From assembly GCA_045657665.1 (NCBI GenBank), contig JAZOTN010000030.1, forward strand, positions 38,364-102,363: a stretch of DNA of 64,000 bases, given 5' to 3'. Positions 1 through 9,012 of this stretch are shown here, piece after piece. A program made the position numbers and the translations under genes. Position 1 is the first letter of the stretch. The number at the start of each line of letters is the position of its first letter. The notes below the pieces were generated by a model, which did not search any database, had not been told where the DNA came from, and was given only the letters and a program-made list of their open reading frames with translations. This stretch comes from Lachnospiraceae bacterium (GTDB taxonomy: Bacteria; Bacillota; Clostridia; Lachnospirales; Lachnospiraceae).

Positions 1-282
1 ATACAGGATAAGATCGGTGACAGCTCTCTGATGCTGCGGATGAATTATCAGAAGGATGCGATGGGATGGATGCGGCAGATCGATCTTTTCGAGAGACCCG
101 TGAAGTTTCCGGAATCGAAGATGATGTCCGGTGTGATGGGGTTGTCTTTTCTTGACAGCACCAGGTCGGATAAGATTCAGCTTTTTCTGCGATACGCATC
201 CGGCTGTTATCAGAAAGAGAGTATGGAACGGTATTTAAGCCTGTTTGACGAAGCGATCCAATATCTTGAAAAACCGGAGTGA
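1..282 (+). CDS. C-terminal end of an A-T-C NRPS-like paralogue (partial; gene starts upstream of the window)
   Basis: Frame 1 is open from base 1. IQDKIGDSSLMLRMNYQKD...ERYLSLFDEAIQYLE aligns with the C-terminal ~90 aa of the next two proteins (DDRIGDSSMMLRFNYQKD..., QDVGDSSDMLRYIYQKD...). Confidence 0.8.
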   Translation: MQDKIGDSSLMLRMNYQKDAMGWMRQIDLFERPVKFPESKMMSGVMGLSFLDSTRSDKIQLFLRYASGCYQKESMERYLSLFDEAIQYLEKPE

Positions 283-304
283 ATGATCCGGAGGAGATCA
301 GGCC

Positions 305-3193
305 ATGTTATATTTTGAACATCTCAATGAAATCATCAAAACGAAACCAGATAAACCCGCCTTTACTGCGGATGGCAAGAGCATCACATTTTCCGAGCTG
401 GATCTTGAGGCGGCGAGGATTTACCGGTTTCTGAAAGAGAAGGGGATCGGTGCAGAGCAGATCGTTCAGATCCTGATGCCGAAGGAACTGCATTTTTTCA
501 GCTGTATGCTGGGCGTGTGGCGCGCAGGCGCGGCTTTTGTGCTTGTGCAGGACGATTACCCGCAGGAGCGGATCGACTTTATCCGAAACGACGCAAGCTG
601 TGTCCTCGTTTTGGATCAAGGTCTGTTTGATGAGATCATAAAAAACGAGACTCCGCTGGAAGGGTACGAAGAGACAGATCCGCATCAGCTGGCCTATGTC
701 GTCTATACGTCCGGCTCCACCGGGACGCCGAAGGGAATCCTGCATGAGTACGGGAACGTGGACAAATGTGTGTCCAGCGTGCCGGCGAAGGAGGACCGGG
801 AGGATATCCCGGAGGAAAAACCGCTGGCGGGACCGCTTTCCTTCGTGCATACCATTTTAAACCTCGTTTACAATACGATGGACGGGATCACAACACTTCT
901 CGAGCCCGAAGAGAAGCTCAGAGATTTTAATTACTTCCGGAATTTTATCTTCGAAAAGAAACTGACTTCATTTTATCTGCCGCCGTCCTATATCCGCTTA
1001 TATAAGGAACCGAGTCCCTATCTGAAAGTGATCGGGACAGGATCGGAACCTGCCAATGGGCTTTACTATCCGGGCGGCGTGCCTGCCATTAAGAATACCT
1101 ACAGCTGTTCGGAAGCTGGGTTTGCCGTGATGAGCTGTATCCTTGATAAGGCCTATGACGTGGCGCCCATCGGTCGCCCGCTCCCGGGGGTGGAAGCGGT
1201 ATTGATGGATGAGGATGATCACATTGTAGAGGGCGCCGGAGAAGGTGAGCTCTGTATCAAAAACGATTATTTCCGCGGCTACTTAAACCAGCCGGAGCTC
1301 ACGGCACATGCGAAGCGCGGCGGTTATTTCCACACGGCGGACGTCTGCAGAAGGGATGCGGACGGGCTTTATTATATCGTCGGCCGTGCGGATGACATGA
1401 TGAAGATCAATGGCAACCGGATCGAACCGGCGGAGATCGAGGCGGCCGTGGAACAGATCACCGGCCTGGACGAAGTCATGGCAAAAGGCATTTCGCAGGA
1501 TGGGAGAAATTTTGTCGCGGTCTATTACATCAGAGAACAGGCGGAGCGTTATGGGATCCTTGAAGGGAAAAAACTTTGCATAGACGAGGAAGCCCTTCGT
1601 CAACGGCTTCCGCAGTATATGATTCCCGCGGTCTATGTGCCGCTTGATGCCTTTCCGCTTACCACAAGCGGGAAAAAGAGCCGCAAAGAACTGCCAGCGC
1701 CGGATGCGGATGCGCTGGTATCGGATTATGTAGCGCCGGAGAGCAGGATGGAGACCTATCTTTGTGAGAAGATGGCAGAGGTTCTTGGGCGTGAGAGAGT
1801 CGGCGCGGAGGATGATTTCCTCCTGTACGGCGACTCCATGAAGTGTATCGAACTTGTCAGTACATGTGATGAGATCGCGCTCAGTTCCAAGCTGATCTTT
1901 CAGTATAAAACTCCAAGGGAGATTGCGAAACACATACAGGAGAAGCGAACACCGGAAGAACTGGAAATGGAAAACCGCAGGGCGCAGGAGCAGGCATGGC
2001 CCCTGCTGCCGGGACAGCTTCAAAACATCTATTTTCAGGGTTATATGCCGGAATCCGACTTCCTGAATATCCCGGTTGCCGTCCGAATGAAAAAGGAAGT
2101 AGATGCCGAACGGCTTTGCCGCGCCGCAAATGAGGTTCTGCGGCATCATCCGGGGCTTCACGTCCGGATCGAAAAGGCTGATGCGACCGGTGGCTACCGC
2201 CAGAAGTATGAGGAAGATCTTTTTACGCCTGTTGTAACAGAGGAAATGACAGAACAGGATTTCCGGACAAGGCTCCCATCCCTCAAGGCACGCTTCGAGA
2301 TAGAGGGTGGGAAACTCTACCGCTGCGGTGTGATCAGCACCGAAGAGGCGCTTTACTTCTATCTGATCATCCATCATGTGATCTCGGACGGGGCTTCCGT
2401 GGATCTGCTTCGTAGAGAGATTCTGCAGAGTTATCAACAGGAGCAGTACGCCGGTGAGCCGGATTATTATTTCGGGATCCTGAAGCACACAGAGGAAGCA
2501 AAGGAGACAGAATCCTATCGAAATGCAGCAGCATATTTCGGGAGCCGTTTTAACGACCGTATCAGATCGGGTATCCCGATCGGACTTCGGCCGGACCATG
2601 ACAGCAGAGAAAGACATGCTGCGCTCCTTGCCTTCAAGGATGCTTTCGAAAGAAAACCGAACCGGGACGTGAACTTTTATATGACCGCGGCACTTCTTGC
2701 GGAAGCCTGGTACAATCATGAAGATTTTGCATTCCTGCTGACGATCTATTCCGACCGGGACGACCCGGTGAGGCTCGCTTCGGCGGGGTATCTGGCAGCG
2801 TTCCTCGCATTGGGACTTGATACGACAAAACCGTCAGTGGAGTTGTTACGGGAAATGAAGGAGCAGAACGAATATGCGATCACACATACGGAATACTCCT
2901 ATGTGGATGACCGGATCGGAGATTCTTCCATGATGCTTCGCTTCAATTATCAGAAGGATGAGAACGGCGGACAGGATACAACGGACCTTGTGGAGGAAAA
3001 ACTCAAACTCCCGAATGCGATGATCATGCCGGGTGTCTTCAGCGTGACCTTCTTTGATCACGGAACCTACGAAAAGATCGGATTTGCGATCACTTATGTA
3101 AAAGACTGTTACGAGAAGGAGAGCGTGGAGCGATACGCAGAGCTTTTCTTTAAAGCAGTCGACCATTTGGAGGAAAAAGATGCTGTACTTTGA
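305..3193 (+). CDS. NRPS-like stand-alone module, adenylation-thiolation-condensation (A-T-C), 962 aa
   Basis: A-domain cores: YVVYTSGSTGTPKG (A3), NTYSCSEAG (A5), GELCIKNDYFRGY (A6), GRADDMMKINGNRIEPAEIE (A8), LPQYMIP (A9), SGKKSRKEL (A10). Carrier-protein serine motif YGDSMKCIELV. Condensation motif HHVISDGAS (HHxxxDG). Confidence 0.85.
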   Translation: MLYFEHLNEIIKTKPDKPAFTADGKSITFSELDLEAARIYRFLKEKGIGAEQIVQILMPKELHFFSCMLGVWRAGAAFVLVQDDYPQERIDFIRNDASCVLVLDQGLFDEIIKNETPLEGYEETDPHQLAYVVYTSGSTGTPKGILHEYGNVDKCVSSVPAKEDREDIPEEKPLAGPLSFVHTILNLVYNTMDGITTLLEPEEKLRDFNYFRNFIFEKKLTSFYLPPSYIRLYKEPSPYLKVIGTGSEPANGLYYPGGVPAIKNTYSCSEAGFAVMSCILDKAYDVAPIGRPLPGVEAVLMDEDDHIVEGAGEGELCIKNDYFRGYLNQPELTAHAKRGGYFHTADVCRRDADGLYYIVGRADDMMKINGNRIEPAEIEAAVEQITGLDEVMAKGISQDGRNFVAVYYIREQAERYGILEGKKLCIDEEALRQRLPQYMIPAVYVPLDAFPLTTSGKKSRKELPAPDADALVSDYVAPESRMETYLCEKMAEVLGRERVGAEDDFLLYGDSMKCIELVSTCDEIALSSKLIFQYKTPREIAKHIQEKRTPEELEMENRRAQEQAWPLLPGQLQNIYFQGYMPESDFLNIPVAVRMKKEVDAERLCRAANEVLRHHPGLHVRIEKADATGGYRQKYEEDLFTPVVTEEMTEQDFRTRLPSLKARFEIEGGKLYRCGVISTEEALYFYLIIHHVISDGASVDLLRREILQSYQQEQYAGEPDYYFGILKHTEEAKETESYRNAAAYFGSRFNDRIRSGIPIGLRPDHDSRERHAALLAFKDAFERKPNRDVNFYMTAALLAEAWYNHEDFAFLLTIYSDRDDPVRLASAGYLAAFLALGLDTTKPSVELLREMKEQNEYAITHTEYSYVDDRIGDSSMMLRFNYQKDENGGQDTTDLVEEKLKLPNAMIMPGVFSVTFFDHGTYEKIGFAITYVKDCYEKESVERYAELFFKAVDHLEEKDAVL

Positions 3194-6065
3194 TCTGTTG
3201 GAGGAAACCATTCGGGAAAAACCGGACAAAAATGCTTTTGTATGGAACGGAGAAAGCCTTACCTTTGCACAGCTGGATACCGAGGCCGCAAAAGTATACG
3301 GGTTCCTGAAAAAACAGAATATCGGAGCGGAAAATATCGTTATGGTTCTGATGCCGAAGGCACTTCATTTCTTCAGCTGTATGCTGGGTGTTTGGAGAGC
3401 CGGAGCTGCGTTTGTACTGGTTCAGGATAACTATCCAAAGGATCGGATCGATTTTATCCGGGAGGAAACGGAATGTGTTCTGGCGCTGGATCAGAAGCTT
3501 TTTGATGAAATCATGACAAGTACGGAGCCGCTTCCGGGCCATGAAGAATCTGATCCTCATCAGCTTGCATACGTGGTCTATACCTCCGGTTCCACGGGTA
3601 CGCCAAAAGGTATTATGCATGAATACGGAAATGTGGATCGCTGTGTCTCCAGTGTTCCGGAGGGACGCAAAAAAAACCTTCCGGACGGGAAACCGCTGAT
3701 GGGGCCGCTTTCCTTTGTGCATACTATTTTGGAGCTTGTTTACAACACCATGGATGGTCTCACGACTTACCTGGAGCCGGAAGAAAAGCTTCGCGATTTC
3801 AATTATTTCAAGGAATACATTCTTGAGAAAAAAATGGAATCCATCTATCTCCCGCCTTCCTATATCAGGATCTACAAAGAGCCGAGTCCTTATCTCAAGG
3901 TGATCGGAACCGGTTCCGAACCGGCCAACGGTCTTTATTATCCGGACGGAAAGCCGTCTATCCTGAATACCTACAGCTGCTCCGAGGCAGGATTTGCGGT
4001 TATGAACTTCCTGTTGGACAAGCCCTATGATGTGGCTCCGATCGGAAGGCCTCTTCCCGGCGTGGAGGTGGCTTTGATGGATGATGACGGAAATATCGTA
4101 GAGGGAGAGGGGGAAGGTGAACTCTGCATCAGGAGTGATTATTTCCGTGGCTACATCAACCGCCCGGAGCAGACCGAAAAAGCAAAGCGCGGAGGATACC
4201 TCCATACAGCCGATATCTGCCGGAGAGACGCGGAAGGTCTTTATTACGTGATTGGCCGGGCAGATGACATGATCAAGATCAACGGCAACCGCATCGAGCC
4301 TGCGGAGATCGAGGCAGCTGTCGCAAAATGCACCGGACTTGAAAAAGTGGTTGCAAAGGGATTTTCCGAAAGAGGACGTTCTTATGTGGCGGTTTATTTC
4401 CTTCGCGGCGAAGCGGAAAAGCTCGGTAAAATGGATGGCGATCACCTTGACGTTGACCGGGACAAGCTGGAGGAAATTCTTCCCAGATACATGATCCCGA
4501 CTTATTATATACCCCTTGCTGCTTTCCCCTTAAATGCCAGCGGCAAGATCAACAAGAAGGCTCTGAAAGCACCTGAAACAAAGCATGAAGCCGGTTCCTT
4601 AAAAGAGCCTGCAAATGAAACCGAACGGTATCTCTGTGAAAACATGGCAAAGATTCTCGGCGTTGATCAAGTCGGAGCCGATGAAGATTTTTTTGAAGCC
4701 GGCGGTGATTCCGTCCGCTGCATACAGTTCGTCAGCCTTTGCGAGGATTTGGACATCAGTGCCGCAAAGGTGTTTAAGTACAGAACGCCCATCGCGCTCG
4801 CAAAGAACTGCCGGATGAAACGATCGGAGGAAGAACTTGCAAAAGAGAATGAAGAAGCCATGAAGGAAACCTTCCCGCTTCTTCCGGGGCAGCTCGAAAA
4901 CATTTACTGTCAGAACTACGCGAAAGAAAGCGGCTTCTTAAATCAGTGTCTGTACTGGAAATTGAGCAGTCTTGTGGACGCGGAAACTTTCGCGGAAGTA
5001 GTAAACAAGGTTCTTCTGGCGCATCCCGGACTTCATATGCGTATTTTTAAAGATTCTGACGGAAATTACAGGCAATGTCATGATCCAAAACTCTACAAAA
5101 AAGTGGAGATTGAGGATATCGGGGAAGAAGAACGCGACGGTCTCCTTGCCGAATTCGGCGCTCCGATTCCGATCGAAAACGGCAGGCTTTATCGCTGCAG
5201 GATCCTCAGAACGGAGAAAGGACTCTATTTCTATGTCGCGGTGCATCATGTTATCACGGATGGATCGGCCATGAGGCTTTTCAGCGGAGACATCATGAAA
5301 ACGCTCGCGAAAAAAGACTATGTGATCGAAAAGGATTATTATTACGCCGTCTTAAAAAGGATTCTGAGAGCAAAGGGCGGCGAGGATTATCAGGAAGCAG
5401 AGCGGTTTTTCAGAGAACGATTTCAGAGAATCCGGTCAGAGGGCACACCGCTCGGACTGAAAAAGGACAGGGAGTCTAATGAACGGAACGCGGATCTCAT
5501 CCGGATGGACCGGCAGTTTGAGAGAAAGGAAAACCGGGACAGCAATTTTTATCTCACTGCCTGTGCGCTTGCGGAGGCCTGGTACAACGAAGCGGAGCAT
5601 GCATTCATCACGATGATCTACGGCTGCCGGGATGATCACGACCGCGTTTCTGCTTTCGGTCTTCTTGTAAACAACATGACCATGTGTCTTGACGCAGGAG
5701 AGGACGCCGATCCCGGGGAAATGCTCAGCTCCATGGAAGAGCAGGTGCAAAAGGGAATCGCCTGCCCCGAATACTCTTATATCGAACAGGACGTCGGCGA
5801 CAGCTCTGATATGCTTCGATATATCTACCAGAAGGATGTATATCGAAAAGGAAAACCTAACCCGCTCATCGATGAGAACATCGAGCTTGTGGACCGGAGC
5901 AAGATGCCCGGCTCCGTCAGTATCAGCATCATTGACAATACAGGAGAAGAGCAGATTCGTATTTCCATCCGGTATTCAACAAGCAATTATGACAGGGAAA
6001 GCATCGAGCGCTATATCGGACTGATTTCAAAAGCAGTGGATTATCTGGAAGCACGGAAGGAATAG
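3180..6065 (+). CDS. NRPS-like stand-alone module, A-T-C paralogue, 961 aa
   Basis: Same motif series as the previous gene: YVVYTSGSTGTPKG, NTYSCSEAG, GRADDMIKINGNRIEPAEIE, GGDSVRCIQFV, HHVITDGSA. The ATG lies 14 nt inside the end of the previous gene, so the two are translationally coupled. Confidence 0.85.
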   Translation: MLYFDLLEETIREKPDKNAFVWNGESLTFAQLDTEAAKVYGFLKKQNIGAENIVMVLMPKALHFFSCMLGVWRAGAAFVLVQDNYPKDRIDFIREETECVLALDQKLFDEIMTSTEPLPGHEESDPHQLAYVVYTSGSTGTPKGIMHEYGNVDRCVSSVPEGRKKNLPDGKPLMGPLSFVHTILELVYNTMDGLTTYLEPEEKLRDFNYFKEYILEKKMESIYLPPSYIRIYKEPSPYLKVIGTGSEPANGLYYPDGKPSILNTYSCSEAGFAVMNFLLDKPYDVAPIGRPLPGVEVALMDDDGNIVEGEGEGELCIRSDYFRGYINRPEQTEKAKRGGYLHTADICRRDAEGLYYVIGRADDMIKINGNRIEPAEIEAAVAKCTGLEKVVAKGFSERGRSYVAVYFLRGEAEKLGKMDGDHLDVDRDKLEEILPRYMIPTYYIPLAAFPLNASGKINKKALKAPETKHEAGSLKEPANETERYLCENMAKILGVDQVGADEDFFEAGGDSVRCIQFVSLCEDLDISAAKVFKYRTPIALAKNCRMKRSEEELAKENEEAMKETFPLLPGQLENIYCQNYAKESGFLNQCLYWKLSSLVDAETFAEVVNKVLLAHPGLHMRIFKDSDGNYRQCHDPKLYKKVEIEDIGEEERDGLLAEFGAPIPIENGRLYRCRILRTEKGLYFYVAVHHVITDGSAMRLFSGDIMKTLAKKDYVIEKDYYYAVLKRILRAKGGEDYQEAERFFRERFQRIRSEGTPLGLKKDRESNERNADLIRMDRQFERKENRDSNFYLTACALAEAWYNEAEHAFITMIYGCRDDHDRVSAFGLLVNNMTMCLDAGEDADPGEMLSSMEEQVQKGIACPEYSYIEQDVGDSSDMLRYIYQKDVYRKGKPNPLIDENIELVDRSKMPGSVSISIIDNTGEEQIRISIRYSTSNYDRESIERYIGLISKAVDYLEARKE

Positions 6066-6115
6066 TGATATAGTCGGATCACAAAAGAAAAGCAATGTAG
6101 AAAGAGGTATATAAA

Positions 6116-7315
6116 ATGGAACAGACAGATTACAGAATAATATTTCCGGAGCGTCTGGATGCGACAAATACGACGGAGTATCTGGAGAATTACATTAAGG
6201 AGCTGGATGAGGTGCCACCGGACATGATCGTGACAGGAGACCTGGAGCAGACCACGTATCTTTCCAGTTCGGGCTTAAGGCTTGTTCTGACAATGGCAAA
6301 AAAACGCCCTGATTTCCGCCTTATCAATGTTTCGCCTGAAGTGTATGAAGTGCTTGATATGACCGGCCTCTCAAAAAAAATGAGTATTGAGAGACAGATC
6401 CTTAAGATTCCTCCGATCACGAGCGAACCCATTGCAAGGGGATCGAACGGTCAGGTGTATGCCATTGAAAAAGATACCATCGTCAAGATGTTTACGGAGA
6501 AAACGACGACGGATGAGATCCGCGAGGAATGGCAGAATGCGAAGATTGCACTGACACTCGGTGTCCCGACCGCAATCTGTTATTCCGTGGTGACGGATGG
6601 GGAACGCCTCGGGATCATGTTTGAGAGGATGGAAACGACCAGTCTCGCAAGCCTTATCTATGCGGATTATGAGCATTTCGATTCGTATGCGGAAAGGTTT
6701 GCTGAGCTTCTTAAGGAGATGCACGGTGTCCAGGACGAGGGGCATGAACTCGGAAGGGTCAGGGATGCGTTCTCCGCACTGATCGACTATGCAGACTATC
6801 TCTCCGCGGAGGATAAGGAGAAAATGACTGCTTTTCTGGAAGCGGTCCCGGAACGTGACAATGTGGTTCATGGAGACTTCCATCCCAATAACATCGGGGA
6901 GGTGTTCGGGGAGCTGATCCTCCTTGATATGGCGGAGATTGGCTACGGAAACCCCGTTTTTGATTTCATTGCGTCCTACTATGATCTCATCCTTTCCGGC
7001 CAGACCGTCGGGAAGGAGCATCCCGAGGTCACAAAGAAATACTTTGGTCTTGAGGTGGAAGAGCTCGCAAAGCTCTGGGATATTTTGCTGGAGAACTATT
7101 TCCCGGGTATTGACGCCGAAAAGAAGGCGTTCTTTAACGAGACGATCAACATGATGCTTGGGTTTAAACTCCTTCTTTTTCCTGTACTGCATCCGAACCA
7201 TCCGAAGGAGAAACACGAAGCATGGATACAGTGCGGGAGAGAGCGGTTTATTGATCATTTTGATGAGGTCATGCAAAGGATCGTTCAGATCGACGAGATG
7301 ATCAGCGGAGATTGA
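6116..7315 (+). CDS. STAS (SpoIIAA-like) domain fused to an aminoglycoside/choline-kinase-like phosphotransferase
   Basis: The N-terminal ~95 aa carry the STAS signature (YLSSSGLRLVLTM...EVYEVLDMTGL). The C-terminal region has the APH-type catalytic loop HGDFHPNN and the metal-binding segment DMAEIGYGNPVFD. Confidence 0.7.
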   Translation: MEQTDYRIIFPERLDATNTTEYLENYIKELDEVPPDMIVTGDLEQTTYLSSSGLRLVLTMAKKRPDFRLINVSPEVYEVLDMTGLSKKMSIERQILKIPPITSEPIARGSNGQVYAIEKDTIVKMFTEKTTTDEIREEWQNAKIALTLGVPTAICYSVVTDGERLGIMFERMETTSLASLIYADYEHFDSYAERFAELLKEMHGVQDEGHELGRVRDAFSALIDYADYLSAEDKEKMTAFLEAVPERDNVVHGDFHPNNIGEVFGELILLDMAEIGYGNPVFDFIASYYDLILSGQTVGKEHPEVTKKYFGLEVEELAKLWDILLENYFPGIDAEKKAFFNETINMMLGFKLLLFPVLHPNHPKEKHEAWIQCGRERFIDHFDEVMQRIVQIDEMISGD

Positions 7316-7392
7316 TGACTATAGGAAAACTGTGTAATAGCGGCATGGTGTGCTGCGCAGGAGAATTGTAAAAAACGGGGAGGTAAGAGCAG

Positions 7393-8883
7393 ATGATCAG
7401 GGTGCTGAAGCTTTCAGAAGGTGCGGCGTTTATCAAAAAGAAGATACCGGAAAGCGATCACGTGTTTCTGGACGCGCGGGATTTTTACTATGCGCATCCG
7501 GACATGGAGGAGGATCCGGTTACCGTTACAGACGGAGACGGGAAGCCGGTATACCAGCTGTCCTTTGAGAAGAACAAAGGAGGCGGGGAGATCGCGATGA
7601 AAGCGAAGATGTCGCCCAGCAGTGACTTTCGTTCTTACACATACGATGGCGTGGGACTCGATTACACGATGATCGGGAGAGCGGACGCCTTTATCTTTGC
7701 GGAGATGGAGGAATATAGCTATGCGGTCGCAAGGATCATCGCAGGGAAATTCCCTGAAAAGGAGCTGATCTTCACGGATGAAAAGGCGCGGCATTTTTAT
7801 GGATCGGACAGCAAGGTCAGGATCATGTCAGAGGAGGAAGCAGACAGGATCCGAAGTGAACGCCCGGGCAAGGTGATGTCGGTAGTGACCGAACATGATT
7901 TCCTCATCAGCCGCGAGAGTATCGAGTCCATGACGTACAATTCCATCCAGATGATGAATGGACTTTTCTGGCTGACTGAGACGGTAAGCTATGGAGAGGA
8001 AAATCCGGACAAAAAGCTGGTACTGATCAAGTCCCACCTGGGTCATGAGGGACTGGCCGGGGTTCTCCGCTATGTGCTGAATAAACTCGAGGTAATCAAT
8101 AAAACCGGTGAGGAACTGTATCCGGTCGTGGATCTCGGCATCTACGGTGAGGTAAACCAGTTCTGCAACGGAAACGGGGCGAATGTCTGGGATATGTATT
8201 TCGAGCCGATGTCGGAATTCTCCGTTACGGATGCCTATAACAGCAGGAACGTACTGACCGCTTATGACGGGATGAAGACCAAGAATCCGTATCTGTATGA
8301 ACAGGACATTCTGGCGGATTATCCGGAGCTCATCAAAAAATATCTGCGGGTAAAGGAAGACGTTCTTGATTTCTGCAAAAAGCAATATGAAAAGATTGTA
8401 CCGGAGGGCATGAAGAAATACATCGGTGTGGTCGGAAGAGGATCGGATTACAATATGCAGCTGACCGGGAACCTTGCAAATTATCTGATGAGACCGCTTT
8501 CCGGCGAAGAGATCCTTGAGAAAACAAGAGAACTTTTTGCAAAAGGCGGCTATGATGGCATTTTTCTGGCAACCGAAGACGATCAGGTCTTTGATATTTT
8601 CATGAAATCGGATCTTAAGGACAGGATCTTTTATGTGGAGCAGGAGCGGATCACCTATGATCCGACGGATACTTCGAAGCGGTTCCTTGCGGACATTTAC
8701 AAAGAAGAAAAAGAACGCGACGGATATGCCGAGAACCTGCGTTATATCAGCATCATTTATATCCTTTCAAAAGCGACGGCGCTTCTTGCCACGACGCTTT
8801 GCGGCGCGGCAAAGATGGCTTGGGGCTTTAGTGAGAGCGGCTTTGAGTATATGGATGTTCCGGGGATTTCCAATGATAAATGA
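7393..8883 (+). CDS. Hypothetical protein, 496 aa; weak resemblance to fucosyltransferase-superfamily glycosyltransferases in the C-terminal half
   Basis: Long ORF with RBS GGGGAGG 9 nt upstream of the ATG and protein-like composition. The only motif hint is YIGVVGRGSDY, which resembles the HxRRGD-type motif of GT11/GT23-like enzymes. I recognise no confident family. Confidence 0.55.
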   Translation: MIRVLKLSEGAAFIKKKIPESDHVFLDARDFYYAHPDMEEDPVTVTDGDGKPVYQLSFEKNKGGGEIAMKAKMSPSSDFRSYTYDGVGLDYTMIGRADAFIFAEMEEYSYAVARIIAGKFPEKELIFTDEKARHFYGSDSKVRIMSEEEADRIRSERPGKVMSVVTEHDFLISRESIESMTYNSIQMMNGLFWLTETVSYGEENPDKKLVLIKSHLGHEGLAGVLRYVLNKLEVINKTGEELYPVVDLGIYGEVNQFCNGNGANVWDMYFEPMSEFSVTDAYNSRNVLTAYDGMKTKNPYLYEQDILADYPELIKKYLRVKEDVLDFCKKQYEKIVPEGMKKYIGVVGRGSDYNMQLTGNLANYLMRPLSGEEILEKTRELFAKGGYDGIFLATEDDQVFDIFMKSDLKDRIFYVEQERITYDPTDTSKRFLADIYKEEKERDGYAENLRYISIIYILSKATALLATTLCGAAKMAWGFSESGFEYMDVPGISNDK

Positions 8884-9012
8884 AAGAAACGTTTTTTTTT
8901 ACTTGATTTAAATTTAAAAATGACTATCATAAATAGTATAGGAAAAAAAATCACGGTTTCATTTTTCTGACAAGAAAAGGCATAATAATAATTGCGAAAG
9001 GGGATTAGATTT

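Noticed and set aside
1283-4445. Long minus-strand ORFs (1283-2719, 478 aa; 3150-4445, 431 aa) antisense to the A-T-C genes
   Set aside because: The plus strand carries a complete, ordered series of NRPS motifs. The antisense translations are Arg/Ser/Leu-rich, have no motifs, and are typical shadow ORFs in GC-rich coding DNA.
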